The notes beneath the pieces are model-generated. The model saw only the letters and a list, made by a program, of their open reading frames with translations. It made no database searches and was not told the origin of the DNA. From contig NC_059429.1 in the NCBI RefSeq assembly GCF_021028975.2, positions 72,416,001 through 72,480,000 on the forward strand: a stretch of 64,000 nucleotides of DNA. Reading direction: 5' to 3'. The number at the start of each line of letters is the position of its first letter. Position 1 is the first letter of the stretch. Shown here in pieces: positions 25,611-38,934 of this stretch. Origin of the DNA: Sphaerodactylus townsendi (Eukaryota). The position numbers and the translations under genes are program-made.

Positions 25611-28299
25611 CATTCTACTTTTGCTTCTTAAAAGAAAGTACAGAACTCTGAACTTTTTTCCATATAAAATCAGCAGCGAAGCTACCAGGGGATGGGGGTG
25701 GGGGGTGCCACGCACCGGGCGCACGGATTTGGGTCACGTGGGGGGTGCAAAATTCCCCCTGCCCCCCTTCCCCTGAGCCCCCCCACGGCACCCCCCACAC
25801 TTACTTTAGGAAACCAAGCTGGCTGGAGAACAGGCCTGGGAACTGTTCCCAGGACTTGACCCTGGGCTCACATGTAGTTCCCACCAGGAGATCACTTATG
25901 TAGTTGCCCTCCAGCGAACAGGGCAAACCTGTCTTCAAAGTTGATGTTGCTCCTAAAATGTAAGTGTGGGGGGCCCCAGAGGGCGAGCGTGTTCAGCAGC
26001 GTGTCCCCCCTCACACTTACTTTAGGAAACCAAGAAGGCTAGATAAAGATTAAAATCCTAGCATAAGCAAAGAGGCCCACATGCTAATAGGAAAGCACAT
26101 GATGTTACTGTTGGGACCTGGCTTCCCATAGTGGCATTTGGACTGAAAGGACCCTGGAGAATAAGGCTGGGAAATCCTTTAGCCTGAGCCCCTGGAGAGT
26201 TGCTGCCAGTGTCAGGCTAGATGGATCACGGTTCTCATCCTACAAGGCAACTCCTTATGAGGAATGTTTAATGCCTTACTGAGTGCAGTAGAACAGTACT
26301 TCAGATAAAAACCCATAATATGATGTAGGGATGCACAACTCAGATTACTCATTTCCATTTTTACTAATCCAACGGCCATGTTGCTAAATTCATTGTGGAA
26401 AAGAATTTCCTCTCTGCATCCCATTGCCTAGTCTGCTCTCTCTTCATCTCTGTACACTCTCTTTTTTCTTTTTGTTCATTCCACAGGTTTCTTGGCACCA
26501 GCATCTTTCAGTTCCCTTATTTATTCATGTATTTTCTCTTTTTGCACTGTTTCTGCTTCACCCACTATCTCTGTAGCTCTTTGATAAGTTCATGGAGAGC
26601 CGTGCCAAGGTTTGCACTTTCTTAGCAATTCACACTCTGAAGGAGTGTCAGGTTGTGTGCCATAGAGCTGGCTGGCAGCAGCTGGAACAGTCCGGAAATG
26701 CTGGTGGAACATCTTGTAGCCCAGAAAGAGAAAGAGCCATGTGGTCAGAGTGATAGAGGAATTCTCCCATCCCCACCTCAATTTTGGTGGGCTTTGAGAT
26801 TGCCACAGAAAGTTGATAGAGCTGCAAACAGCGCAGTTCCCCCAGGGTGCCAAAACTCCTTTGCACCTGTTGCTTTGCAGCCCTGAGATTAAGTTGCTTT
26901 ACCACTTATCCTTTGGTTATAGAAGTCTGTTCTTATATAGAACATTCTTTGATCTCCTGCACTAAAAGTCCCAGCGTCTGATTCCCCTATCCAATGACAT
27001 TCTTCTTCAGTGGGAAAAAGCTCACTCTTTCCTTCTCCATTACTGCCAGCTTTTTTCCCCAAAAAGTCTTGACCCCAGACTTTTTGCCACTTAACATGAT
27101 CTCTCTATTAATTCTTTAGATTTCATCATCAGTATATTGTCCCATGTTCTCATATTACTTACTAGAAAGGAAATCTCTTCCCCAAGAAAGAAAAAAACTT
27201 AATTAGAAGGCAATTAGTTGAGTTTGCTCATTAAACTACTTCAAAGCACCACTCCCCCATTATGCTTTCACCATATCTCTTAGCCAAATAGTTCCTAAAA
27301 TGTGATCTCTGTTCATTTTGGAATGCAAGGAGGATTCCAGTGCCAGTAAGTGGCATTTTAAAGTGTCTTTTAAAACTGTCTTTTTCAGTCTTATACCAAA
27401 GAGGTCCTTAGTCCCAAAGAGTAAAGACTTGGCCACTATCTTGCGTACTCTGGTAACCTTTCAACTTGATTAGTGGGAACGACCTTGAAGACACTTCAGT
27501 AATTTTAGCTGTTTCAGAATTTGGCAGCTTCACTTTTACCTGGAACTGTCTATGGAATTTATGTAACGCTGGTTCTGTTCCATCTTCACTGGTAACCACT
27601 CTAATACAGGGCTAAGTTCAAGATACACATTTCAACCTTTAAAGTCTTAAATGTCCTGGATTCAATGTACTGGAGGAGAGAATCTCTTTAACTTCCTCGC
27701 CTTTGAACTCTGAATAGTTGGTGAGACATAATTCAAGGTGTTGTTATTTGAAATGTGATTACTGCAAGGAGGGCTTTTGTGCCAGTGAACTGTGATGTGC
27801 CAGTTTTAGAATCTATGTTAATATTAACTATATTATGGCATTGTATATTATTATATCTTAACTATTGTTTGTGTAATATTGTGTAGTAGTAGAGTATGAG
27901 GAGCAGTACTACTCTAAAGTTTACTCTAAAGTTATATATTAGTGGGAATGAGAGCAGCCCCAGTTTACCAGAATGTTATTTTTTGTGAACTACTTTGTGG
28001 AGAAATTCCTTTGCAAATATACCGGTAGTCTAAAGATCACTTTGCTACCTGGCCAAATAAGCTAGGGTCTGATTTAGGAAGTTCTGTGAAACTGGACTGT
28101 TGAAGAATAAGGGGCCTTCACAACATTCCCAGGAATCTAAAATCATTGTTGTGTCATTTATAGAACACTGCATTTGAAATATTAATTGAATACTAATTAA
28201 ATATAATGATGAAGTCCAGTTTCTATTTCACTTGAAAAGCAAGCTTCGAGTCCTTGTTATTACAATTTTTAAAATCTGATATTTCTGTTAAAAGGGTTG

Positions 28300-29156
28300 T
28301 GTTACGGTTGGAAAGGAGAAATGGTACCTTTCTTTGTTGGAAAACTCACAACTCAGGACCTCCTGAGAACCTCTAGACTGACCCACTGAGAAGATAGTCT
28401 TCCAACACAGTACCTGAGAAATAACAAAACAACTTATAACCAATCTGATAACACCCAGGCAGTCTAGCTTATGGGGAAGCGGTTAAGATAAATATCCCAG
28501 AGAAATAGATTGTACTAGACAAAGCCAAAAAAAGTATTTATGAAATGATTTATTGTAAAAGAGAGGGGAGAAGGGAAAGGATTCAAAGAGGGTGGAAAAA
28601 GGCAAAACAAAATACAGGGACAAGCACACAACAGTGATATTCAAATTAAAAGCAATTTGGTTGAACTAGGGTAAACATGTTACCAATGCTGTAGCTGGTT
28701 GCTCCTTGTCGTAACAAGAGGTTGAAGGACTCATTAACATCTACCCAACTTCCTGTGGACCCAGTTTCCACTGAAGACAAGAGGAAATCCCAAATGTCCC
28801 AGGTATTTATGCTAAATGCAGTTGGCCCTAAACCTGCCTCCTGGACAAGTGGATTTCTCCAATCCCATGCAAATCCCCATCTCTGATGTCAGAGTCCACT
28901 TTTACCAATCAGAGCAATATACAGTGTAATACCACCTCCATCAAGCTCCTGGTAATGGTTCTGAATGTCCATAACAAATGGATGGTCTGGTCCAAACCAG
29001 ATTGTCCTTTGTCCAAAAGGGATTATGTCTGCCATGATGGTTCAATACGTAATGGAAGTAAATAGCTCATCCTAAAGGAATCTCTATGGGTCTAAGGTCC
29101 CAGACACTCAAGATGACACTCTTTGAGCCTTAGCAAGTTTTAGAATTTTTATCACA
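28300..29156 (-). mobile_element. Solo LTR
   Basis: TGTTA...TCACA ends with flanks ggttg/ggtta; reverse AATAAA at about 28549, TATA-like motif at about 28805 and CCAAT motifs. Confidence 0.55.
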
Positions 29157-29794
29157 GGTTAGAAGTTTGAAGAGAATTCTGATAGCCAAGAACTTCAACA
29201 GAGTTCCAAGTTCTTATGCAGGCTGTGAATTTCCTGCCATCTTATTTGTATTAATGCATTGCATTCACTACCCATGATCTACAAACCTAGGGATAAAATA
29301 GGAGGGGGAAATTGCCCTGGAAACAGCTCCACCCCAAGTCCACCCTGGCCCTGCCCCCAGATGAAGGAGTGCCTGCCTGGTCATCCCCAAGCAGGAAGTG
29401 CCTGGCCAAACTATGAGACCAGGTGGGGAGAGGCCAAAAGAGTCCTTCACTGGGCTGGTGCACCCCTCATTGCAGTGGGGCCAGACAAGCATGCCACTTG
29501 TCCAGTTGAACTTGTGTCCAGCACAGTAAAGGATGGGCCACTTATCCTTGGCTGCTCTGAGTGTGGTGAGGCCAGCTTCCCTGTATCTCCAGCTCATAGC
29601 AGTAGCAGATTGTGCTTGCCCCTCTCTTTGGTCTGAGGTGGCCCTGATAGGTGGAGGCAGCCTGCAAGGCCATTGGCCTACTGGGACTTTTTCAGGTGGC
29701 CTTAAGGGCCACTCTGCCCCTCCAACAGAGCCTAGTTCTCTTTCTGCCACATACAGATATCATTGTTTCTCCCTTCAAAAACTGAAACAAAAAT

Positions 29795-30179
29795 AAAACC
29801 TAATAAAAGGAAACTAATAAAAGAAAACCTAATAAAAGGACTAATAAAAGGAAACACTTCTTCACACAACGTGTGATTGGTGTTTGGAATATGCTGCCAC
29901 AGGAGGTGGTGATGGCCACTAACCTGGATAGCTTTAAAAGGGGCTTGGACAGATTTATGGAGGAGAAGTTGATTTATGGCTACCAATCTTGATCCTCTTT
30001 GATCTGAGATTGCAAATGCCTTAACAGACCAGGTGCTCGGGAGCAACAGCCGCAGAAGGCCATTGCTTTCACATCCTGCATGTGAGCTCCCAAGGGCACC
30101 TGGTGGGCCACTGCGAGTAGCAGAGAGCTGGACTAGATGGACTCTGGTCTGATCCAGCTGGCTTGTTCTTATGTTCTTA
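29795..30179 (+). mobile_element. CR1 LINE 3' end with a reiterated 5' junction
   Basis: Near-identical to 14576-14918; ctaataaaag repeated 4 times at 29800-29851. Confidence 0.92.
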
Positions 30180-31914
30180 ACCATTCAAAATCATGCATAT
30201 TGTATAATAGGAGGAATAAAGACTTTTGTTAGTTAGATGGCATCTGCAGACTTTTCTTTATATACGGTATTCAAATTATTAAATGAGAGGTTCTCTGGAA
30301 GCACAGCTTGAGATCTTAAGCCTATTTTTCATTTTATTTAAGATATTTCTCATAACCTACCCTTCAAAAGCTGGCCGACAGGAGCACATGATTCAAGCTC
30401 TTTCTTCCTCAACCCTTTCCCCTTCCATGTGTTTCATGTAATTGAGCATTTTGCAATAAGGAACACATTTTGAAAAGCGAGAGATAGCTGCCAGTCCTCA
30501 AAATACTTGGCCACGATGAAGGCGGCTGCATTTTAAAAGGCACTGCAATTGAGCATTGCTTGTTGCTAGGGCTTCTTTTTCTTGACCCCTTTAAATCAAA
30601 TGAGCTCCTTGAATCCTTTGCTAGAGGAAAGGTCAGGCACGCTGAGTGTTGCTAATGTTCTAATGAAGAGCTGAAGGAGTGGGGGGGGGGGGGCAGTGAG
30701 ACATCAAAAGAGCTTTTGCCAGCACTGGGGGTGGGGTGCAGAGGGTGATACATAGCAGCAGCACATCCCCAGCCCACGAGGCTTTGCTTTCTCTGCTGCT
30801 AAGTGGATTTGCTGAGATCCTATTTGCTGGGGAAATGTGGCTGAGCAGATTTCAGCTTTTTCTCGGTGCTTAGGGGAGCTGCCTGAGAGCGCTGATGGAA
30901 TTTATAAATGAAAAAGCTTAACTGAGTTTAATTATTACCCAGCGTAGTGCAAGCTACAAACTTGGGACAAGGGAAAGATGGAGGGGGTGGCAAAGCCACT
31001 CTTGCCCCAATTAGGGCACCATTCCACAGACAATTACTTAGGCTATAACAAAACCTTAACTTGCTTGCTGTCTTCTCAGTTCTTACTTGAAAGAAATATT
31101 CAAATCTAGCAGGAGGATGACATTCTTAAAGGGAAGTGTTGTCCTCTGTTCCCAAAGTGTTGGAACTCATACATGTCTCTAGAGTAGGGCCTTTCCCAGA
31201 GTGCCTCTACCTACCAGCCATTTATAGTGAGAAGTATAGCAGACCACTCGTTTTACTGAACAGGGTCTTTCCTCAGGGTTCCCACTGCCCAGTTAAGATA
31301 CCACACCACCCATTGAGCAATGTCAGATAAACCAGTAAGATAAACCAGATAACAGCAAGATAAACCAGTAGCAGAGACAGGTTACAAAGGCCAGAACTGG
31401 GATTCTGTGGTGACACAGCAACCTAGACATTTTGTGCCCCCTGCTAGCCACCTGGGGTGGGGCTGGTTGGCCTGGGGAGCACCACCAGAAACTGAAGGGA
31501 ATTCCCTCAGGAGTAATAAAGTTCTGTAGCTGGTTCCAAGGGAAGTCGGGTTAATTAACTAGCACATTGGTTAATTTAAGAGAATGGAATGTGACATGGG
31601 AAGTCCCCAGCTGAAATCTCACTTTTTTTGAGGGCACCAGGAGATAACATTAAGGTAATCTACTGTTCTTTCTATCTCAGTCCCCGGTTAGAAATACAGG
31701 GTTAAAGGACATTTCACAACTTCTTAATATTTTACTTACAAGTACTTCCCTATTAATTTTTTAAGCCTTTATTCCAGTTCTTTTGGGAATGCTTTAGTTC
31801 TCACCAAAAAGCCCAAAACAAAAAAATATAATATAGAACATCAAGGTTTGATTCCAGAACATAACCCCTTAAAAACTAGCAAGGTTTCCAGGATAGAAGC
31901 TCTCAAGAGTCTTA

Positions 31915-32124
31915 GGCCTTTCCTGCATACACAGCTTACCACGGATTTTTCCAGTGGTCAAATCTTGTGTCTTGGAAATGGTTTCTGTGAAATCATTCTG
32001 CACGCCTCCTACCTCCCACCGCTCTGCATTTTGGTGCCCCCCCGCCCCGGTGTTTTCATCTGCATTTTTTCCACACACTATGTTGAAAACATATTATTCC
32101 TGATGGTGGAGGGATGTCATCCCT
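31915..32124 (+). mobile_element. Dispersed non-autonomous element (Harbinger-like end); other copies at about 38600-38803 (-), 40190-40311 (-) and 51162-51335 (+)
   Basis: Shared core ggcctttt..gca.a.agcttac.acagatttt.ccagtggtcaaa...tgaaatcattc in four places. Confidence 0.7.
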
Positions 32125-33990
32125 GACCTCAGTGGGGCACAATGCCATGGGGTTCACCCTCCAAAGCATCCATTTTCTCCAAGGGAGCTGATTTCTGTAT
32201 TCTGGAGATGAGCTGTAATTCTGGGGGATCCCTATGCCCTGAGTCATCATTAAGAGGCCATGACACATTGTACAAATGCTTTATTTGCATCCACTAGAGG
32301 GAAGCATTATACATATATTTGGGCTGGTCTGGAAGAATAGCAGACCTGTATCTTGGAATGCCATCTCATGGACCCCTTGGAATTATACTTTAACTAGAGA
32401 AGTTGTATACAGCAAAGATCATATAGCTAGAATGTATTACACCTGGTAATTCTGATGTTTGTAAAAACAACAATAGTATGGAATTATAGTTTCAAGGGAA
32501 CTTTCTGTACCTGCATATTAATCTTGTGTTTTCCCTTTGGGAGCAGGTATAGATCATTTAATTGGAGAAAATGTGGCTCCTAAGACTGACATGACATTTT
32601 TACCAGAAAATAATTAAGCTGGGGTGGGGGGGAGGGCACTATCCTTTGTTGGCCTGTGTCCCAACATGGTTCTTTGTCTTCAGTTCATCATGCCCTTGTC
32701 CATAGCCTTCATAGATTCTCACAGGCACTGAATGAGCTATAATTTAGATTTTCTGAAACTGGAGCCAATACATTTGCCAGTCCATAACAATATCCATATT
32801 TGATTTGAGTTTCTCCATGTCTGCCTACTCTTAATTGCAGCTCTGTTTCCTGTAGTTTTGTTCCCTCCCACCCTCTCCCTACAGCCTTGTTTGATGGGCC
32901 CTCAGGTCAGAAGTCTTTCCCCACTGACTCATTAGCAATGCATAGTCCAGCCCATTTTGCATCCCAGCAGCCTCATTAATGAGCTGCACCATTGTACCAT
33001 CACACTCTGCTTGCTAATTATTATCATCAGACATTAATGTTGCAGATGTGGTGGAGCCAGTGGTTACTGAGACAACTTTGTCAAGATAAGATTTTAAAGA
33101 ACAGCTGCTACCCACTAGAGAATCACAGCAACCCACCCACCCCCATATTTTAAGGCCTGCAACACATCTGTGTAATTGGTACATACAGCAGAGAACTTCA
33201 CACAAAATTTCCTACACCTTAGCTTCCATTTTAAAGAATTTGTTTATATTAGCAGTACAGATATTATTTTGGCTGCAATCCTAAGCAAGAAATAAGTCCC
33301 AGGTTGTTGCATATATTAAATTGTCATATTCTGAGGAAGAGACCAGACCTGAGACTCTAGGCAAAAATCTGTTTTCCTTCACATTTTGAACAAGAACCTT
33401 AAAATCACCAGGATATTCTTGCATATCTTCTGTGAGTCAGGACAGTGCTAGGATTGGAGCTTGTGATTTGCCCAGGTCTACATAACAGGGTCTATGGCAG
33501 AACTGAGAGCAGATTCCTACCCAGTAAACTAGAGGTGTCTCATTGGCAGTTCATGTGCTAGATCTGGCCTTCAAAATAGGGTTACCTGGACTGCAGCAGC
33601 CCCAGCATATTTAATCAAAGTGTGAAAAATATTTTGCCCATAGTCTTTCTGGGAAGAGTTTCCCCCCCCAAAAAAAAACAGCCAGATAGAGGTCTGTATT
33701 TTTCTATTGCATCCTGTTTACTGTTGTATGGTACCCTTACCATATCTGTGTGTATGTGCTCCATGAAGCCTTTAATGCTAATTGTAAGAACTAACTTAAA
33801 GAGTCTAACAAGTAGTGAGGTGTCCAGGTTGTGCAGCAACATGGACCACTGAGCTCGGGGGATTTGTAGCCCCCCAGAATACAGTAGATGGTTACCCTTG
33901 CTTAAGAGCCATGTATAGAGAGAGGCCAACTGAATTCTAGCCAAAGCCAGAATTCAAAAGAGGGAAGTTCACATACAAATCAAACATACC

Positions 33991-35060
33991 CAGTAGTGGG
34001 ATTCAAATAATTTAACGACCAGTTTGCTGCCCTAATGACTATTCTAAGCATTAAAAAAGATATATCGAAAGGTAGTGTATTATTTCATACAGCTAATACT
34101 TAAATTAGAACAAAAAAACAGGTGCACAAAACTAGATTGTTATAAGAAAGAGTTTTAAAATATTAATGAAAAAACCTGCTTGAAAAACACCGATCCTCAT
34201 GATTTTTGCACTAAGTCATCCCAAAATCACCAGCACTTCACAACTCCTGCCATTAGCCACGTGTCTGAACACAACAATCACAGATCCCACACTTTGTGGT
34301 GCCGCAGTGATGCAAAAATCTGCTTGAGAAACATGGATCCTCATGAATCCTCATGATTTTTCCACTTGGTCACCCAAAAATCACCTGCACATCACAGCTC
34401 ATACCCCTACACACATGTCTGAACACAATAACCCTGCATCCCATGGCACCACAGTGCCATGGCACCACAGTGGCACAAAAATGTAGTTAAAACACACAGA
34501 TCCTCATGGATCCTCCTGATTTTTGCACTTGGTCACCCCAAATCACCAGCACATCGCAGCTCATGCCCCTGGCAATGTGCCTGAACATTTTGGGGTTGTT
34601 TTGGTGTTGTTGGGGGGAGAGGGAAGGCTTCTGCCGGCCCCCCAAGGGTCCAGCTCGCCTTTTGGGGTGGTTGGGGGGAGAGGGAAGGCTTCTGCCAGCC
34701 CCCCAAGGACACAGCTAGCCTTTTGCAGAGAGTGGGGGAGAGGGAAGGCTTCTGCCTAGCCCTCAACATCCAGAGTCTTGCCACCACACCCCTCCCCCTC
34801 CCATTCACTTATGGAGGCTCTGCTTTAGTTTCAGGCAGGCAGCAGGACCTGGAGGATTTCCTCCCCCTCCCGCCTAGTAAACTCCACTTTCCAGACTGGC
34901 CTCGGTCCCTCAATTAAGGCTCTTAAAGGAAAAGGTCCTCTTAAGAGGAAAAGTCCTCTTAAAGGGAAAGGTGCTTTCCCTTTAAGAGCCTAGGTTTTAA
35001 GGGAGGGCAGAGAGGCCAGGCTGGTAACAACCGGTTCTGGGAACTAGAAAAAAAAATAGC
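33991..35060. mobile_element. hAT-like non-autonomous element with internal tandem repeats
   Basis: Begins cagtagtgggattcaaa. Contains three related gatcctcatgatttttgcact units (34190-34570) and three 60-bp ggggagagggaaggcttctgcc units (34613-34760). Right end uncertain. Confidence 0.5.
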
Positions 35061-35619
35061 TACAGCTTCCTGAACATACCAATCTAGGTTAATACCATGA
35101 AGTAACGCAAGAAGAACTGAACACAATGTCTTCTTGGACAGAAAGCAAAATATTTTTTTTTAAAGATTGCCTGTATGAAATGTAAACTGTATCAGGTTAT
35201 GTGAAGATACTGTCCAAGTAGTTGCCATCCAGCTCCCAGGTATTTGAACTCTAAAACCCACAAATTGTTTGAAATGTCGTGCGGAAGATCTACCAGGGGG
35301 CATCTATTCCACTCCAGAGAAAAGCGAGGATTTTTCCCCATATTGTTATCTCCAGACTTTGTCGCGTCTGCAGATCCCAAGAGACCTTCTTCTACTTTGT
35401 TTAATAGGTCTAGCTGTTTCCATTATTGCAATAGGACGGCTTGGGAAAACAGAGAAACTCTGCTTCAGCAAGACAAACATTATAAAAAGGACCTTGTAAG
35501 AACAGCAAAATGGATGTGATATATTGAGATTCAGCTGCTGAAATGCGTAAAAATGTAGCCATGGCCATGATGCAAGCTGGACAATGGTTTAAGCCATCCT
35601 AATGCAATAATGATGTCAA

Positions 35620-36965
35620 TCTATATATATAAAAATGGAACCATGCGTTTGTTGCTTCGAGAATAACCCCGCACCTGCTGGCCCAAAAGCTCTGAAAATT
35701 TCACAGATACTTACTCATTCACCGACTGTGTTCTTACGTACCTCTCGCTGTCAGACAAAACACCTGAGCCAGGTAAAACATCTTTTTCCTGGCACACCAG
35801 GCCATGAAGCTGCCTGTGTGTAACTGTCACCCTTAGAATGTTCGTGCTCTTAGAATGTTCGCTCAGATGGCCAGATATGAGCAGTGAAAACAGAACATAG
35901 GCAATAATTCGAGTGGACGTGAAACACATACACACGTTGCCATGTGAGATGTCAGGTGGGGTTCCAGTGGAGGGATCCAAACATTTTAGTAACAGGTTCC
36001 CATGGTGGTGGGATTCAAACTGTGGTGTAGCGCCAATGGGGCTGGGCGGGACACGATGGGGGCATGGCCAAGCATTCCAGGGGCGGGGCATTCCTGGGCG
36101 GGGCTGTGGCAAGGACGCAGCCGCTGCGCCGGTCCTTGGGCGGGAAACAAATGCATGCAGGTGCAGGCTGCCACGCACACCAGTGCACCTCCTGCTAGAC
36201 TGCTTCAAGTTCTGCGCGCTACTGCTGAGAGGAGGGGCGTAACTAAGGCAAAAATCATGTGGCAAAATCACCAGTTAGTAACCCCCTCTTGGCACACACA
36301 AATAATTAGTAACCTACTCTCAGGAACCTGTGAGAACCTGCTGGATCCCACCTCTGGGGGTTCCCCCCCCTCACACGCAGGTACCTTTCACTCTCTGAGC
36401 CTCACCCACTACTACCACACAACACATCTACTCTCATACACATTCAGCGGAGGGAGAGGGAAGGGACAGAGGGGGAGGCATGCAAGGGAAGAGAAGTGGG
36501 GGAGGGGACAGAGAGTGAGGGGTGGCATGCAAGGGAGGGGAGGGAGCGGGCCCAGCATCTGGATGTGACCCACCCACCCTAGCAGAGGGAGACGGAAGAG
36601 GGGGAGGGGTGGCATGCAAGGGAAGAGAGGGTGGGAGAGGGAAGGGACGGAGGGGGAGGCATGCAAGGGAACAGAAGTTAGGGAGGGGAGACAGTGAGGG
36701 GTGGCATGAAAGGGAGGGGAGGGAGGGGGCACAGCATCTTGATATGACCCACCCACTCTAGCAAAGGGAAAGGGGAGGGAGGTAGGGGGAGGGGTGCCAT
36801 GCAAGGGAAGAGAAGTGAGGGAGGATGCGGTCACACACATCAATGACATCGCACAGTATCAGCCTGCGCATTTCCATGAGCATGTACTGCTGGCCTCTGC
36901 AATTGATTTGCTGCTACTGTTCCTTTCCCATTTCACCACAGCAACACGTGGCCAGGCCCCGCTAG
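35620..36965 (+). mobile_element. Non-autonomous Helitron with a nested hAT MITE and a GA-rich minisatellite
   Basis: 5' end TCtatatatataaaa after an A; 3' end ccacagcaacacgtgg hairpin then CTAG followed by T; no TSD. Purine-rich repeat at 36448-36830. Confidence 0.8.
35965..36356. mobile_element. hAT MITE nested in the Helitron
   Basis: TIRs cagtggagggatcca and tggatcccacctctg; ggggttc duplicated on both flanks. Absent from the homologous copy at about 45950-45985. Confidence 0.85.
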
Positions 36966-37549
36966 TTGGTAATAAAGACACATCACTCAGATGGCATAGT
37001 TTGTAGGCCTGATGTTGTGGAATAACGTGAAAATATTGACAATAACTATATGTTCTGATGGGCTATAAACTGAACATTCTTTAGAAGCAAATGCAAAGAT
37101 GTTAACCACTTTTTGATTCTTAAACCCTGTTCCTGAATTTTAACAGGAAATCTAGTTTATTTTCCTGTTTGTTTCAGCATTAGAGGCCGATCACTCCAGA
37201 GTGAGAATATTAAAAAGACACAAGGGTCTTTTCTGCATGAGTCATTCACTATGTATCTTGCCACCAAATGCTACATTTTTTTAATTTTGCACATTTTCCC
37301 TCCCTTTGATTCCAGAAATGTTTTTCCTTCATTGTGTTCCTGAGCACTTTTACTGCAATTTTTTTCACTCCATTTCTGAGCCAGCTTTCCTTGAGCCTGC
37401 GATCATGTTGAAACTGTCTTTATTTCTCTGCCCCACCAAACTCCTGGTCCTTATCCATGCCCATGTGTAGTCGCCCAAACTCCCCTTCAGCCATCTTCTC
37501 TTCCCCTCCTTCATTTCCGAAAGGATTTTAAAAATATTATCCTTATATT

Positions 37550-38480
37550 GAACTAGCATTCAGTCAGACACACACAAAAGCACAGTCAATTGGATCAGCT
37601 TTGTCAATTTCATATAGCACTTGCAGTGGAACATTGATTTTTGTGGGGGAGGGGACTATGATATAACATTAGGACAAAGACAGCCCCGCTGTTACAGCTT
37701 TGTCAATTTCATCACAAATTAGCTATTTAATGTTAAAATAAAGATGCACTGTGTTCCCAGTTAGAAGCAGGTGAAATTGACAAGAGAAATTGCTTTTGCT
37801 GGAAAAAAAATTGCCAAGGGACTGCCACAGTAACAATTGTGTGTTACTGCAGCTTTAATGTGGTCAAAAATGTGGTTCTTTTGAGTGGGGGAGCTACATG
37901 TTTCTGCTCCTTCAGGCAATGGCACCAGCTCCAGTAGGGGGCTTTTTGCTTCCATTTTGTGCAAGCACCTGGCCTTTATTCACATCCCTTTTCTTCTCCC
38001 CTTCTTCCTCCATTTTCAAAAGGAATTCTTTTTTATTTTTATTCTTTGTCATCTCAAACTGGTGATATAGCCTGGAGGCACAGCTACAACTAGCTTGGTC
38101 AATTGAATCAACTTTGTGAGTTTCACACAAAACTTGCAATCTTAACGTTCAGGCAGAGATACAAACTAGCATGGTCAATTCGATCAACTTTGTCAATTAC
38201 ACATAAAACCTGGGATCTGAAAATTCAGGCAGAGATTCAAGCTAGCATGTTCAATTGGATCAGCTTTGGCAATTTCATATCAAACTACCAATGCAGTGTT
38301 AGGACAGAGACCCATTTTGAAGCTGGGGACAATTAAGAAGAATACTTGGTGTAATTGCAGCATGTAATCAGTTGTGCATTACTGCAGATCAAATTTGGCC
38401 AGAAAATATGGTTCTTTGTGGAGAGGATTGGGCTACATGTTTACATTCATTCAGGTAATGGAGTTGTGTTGGCTTCCATT
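37550..38480. repeat. Degenerate tandem array (about 77-bp unit) plus a larger local duplication
   Basis: ctagcatggtcaattggatcagctttgtcaatttca-like motif at about 37586, 37696, 38089, 38166 and 38242; block 37840-37960 recurs at 38372-38482. Confidence 0.75.
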
Positions 38481-38850
38481 TTGGGTTGGTAGTTCTCAGT
38501 AGTAGAAGTGGAGGATGAGACATTTTTGAATTGCTGCTTCAAAATGTAATTGTGCAGTAACGCTAGAATGCCTGTGCAAAAGAAAAAAGGGGGGAGGATT
38601 GTACTTCTGCATCATGGATGACATCCCACCACCTCAGAAATAATATGTTTTCATCAATAGCATGTGGAATAAAGGTGACTGAAGAGACGGGGGGTGGGGG
38701 GCAAAATGACCAGGAGCAAGGGGTTCTGTGGAATGATTTCACAGAAAATGTTTCCATTTGACCACTGGGAAAATCTGTGGTAAGCTGTGCATATAGAAAA
38801 GGCCAATGTACATTAGCACACACTACAATAACACAAAATGCACATCTGTC

Positions 38851-38934
38851 AGGACTGCTTCATCCTTTATCGGAAGTTAAGACTGATTCACTCGTTATAG
38901 GAAGTTAGGACTGCTTCACCCATTATAGGAACTT
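38851..38934. repeat. 28-bp tandem repeat, 3 copies (aggactgcttca...ttataggaagtt)
   Basis: Directly visible. Confidence 0.85.

Noticed and set aside
37550-38300. CRISPR-like repeat-spacer appearance
   Set aside because: The spacers resemble each other (ttcaggcagagat), the repeats are degenerate, there are no cas genes, and the DNA is vertebrate.
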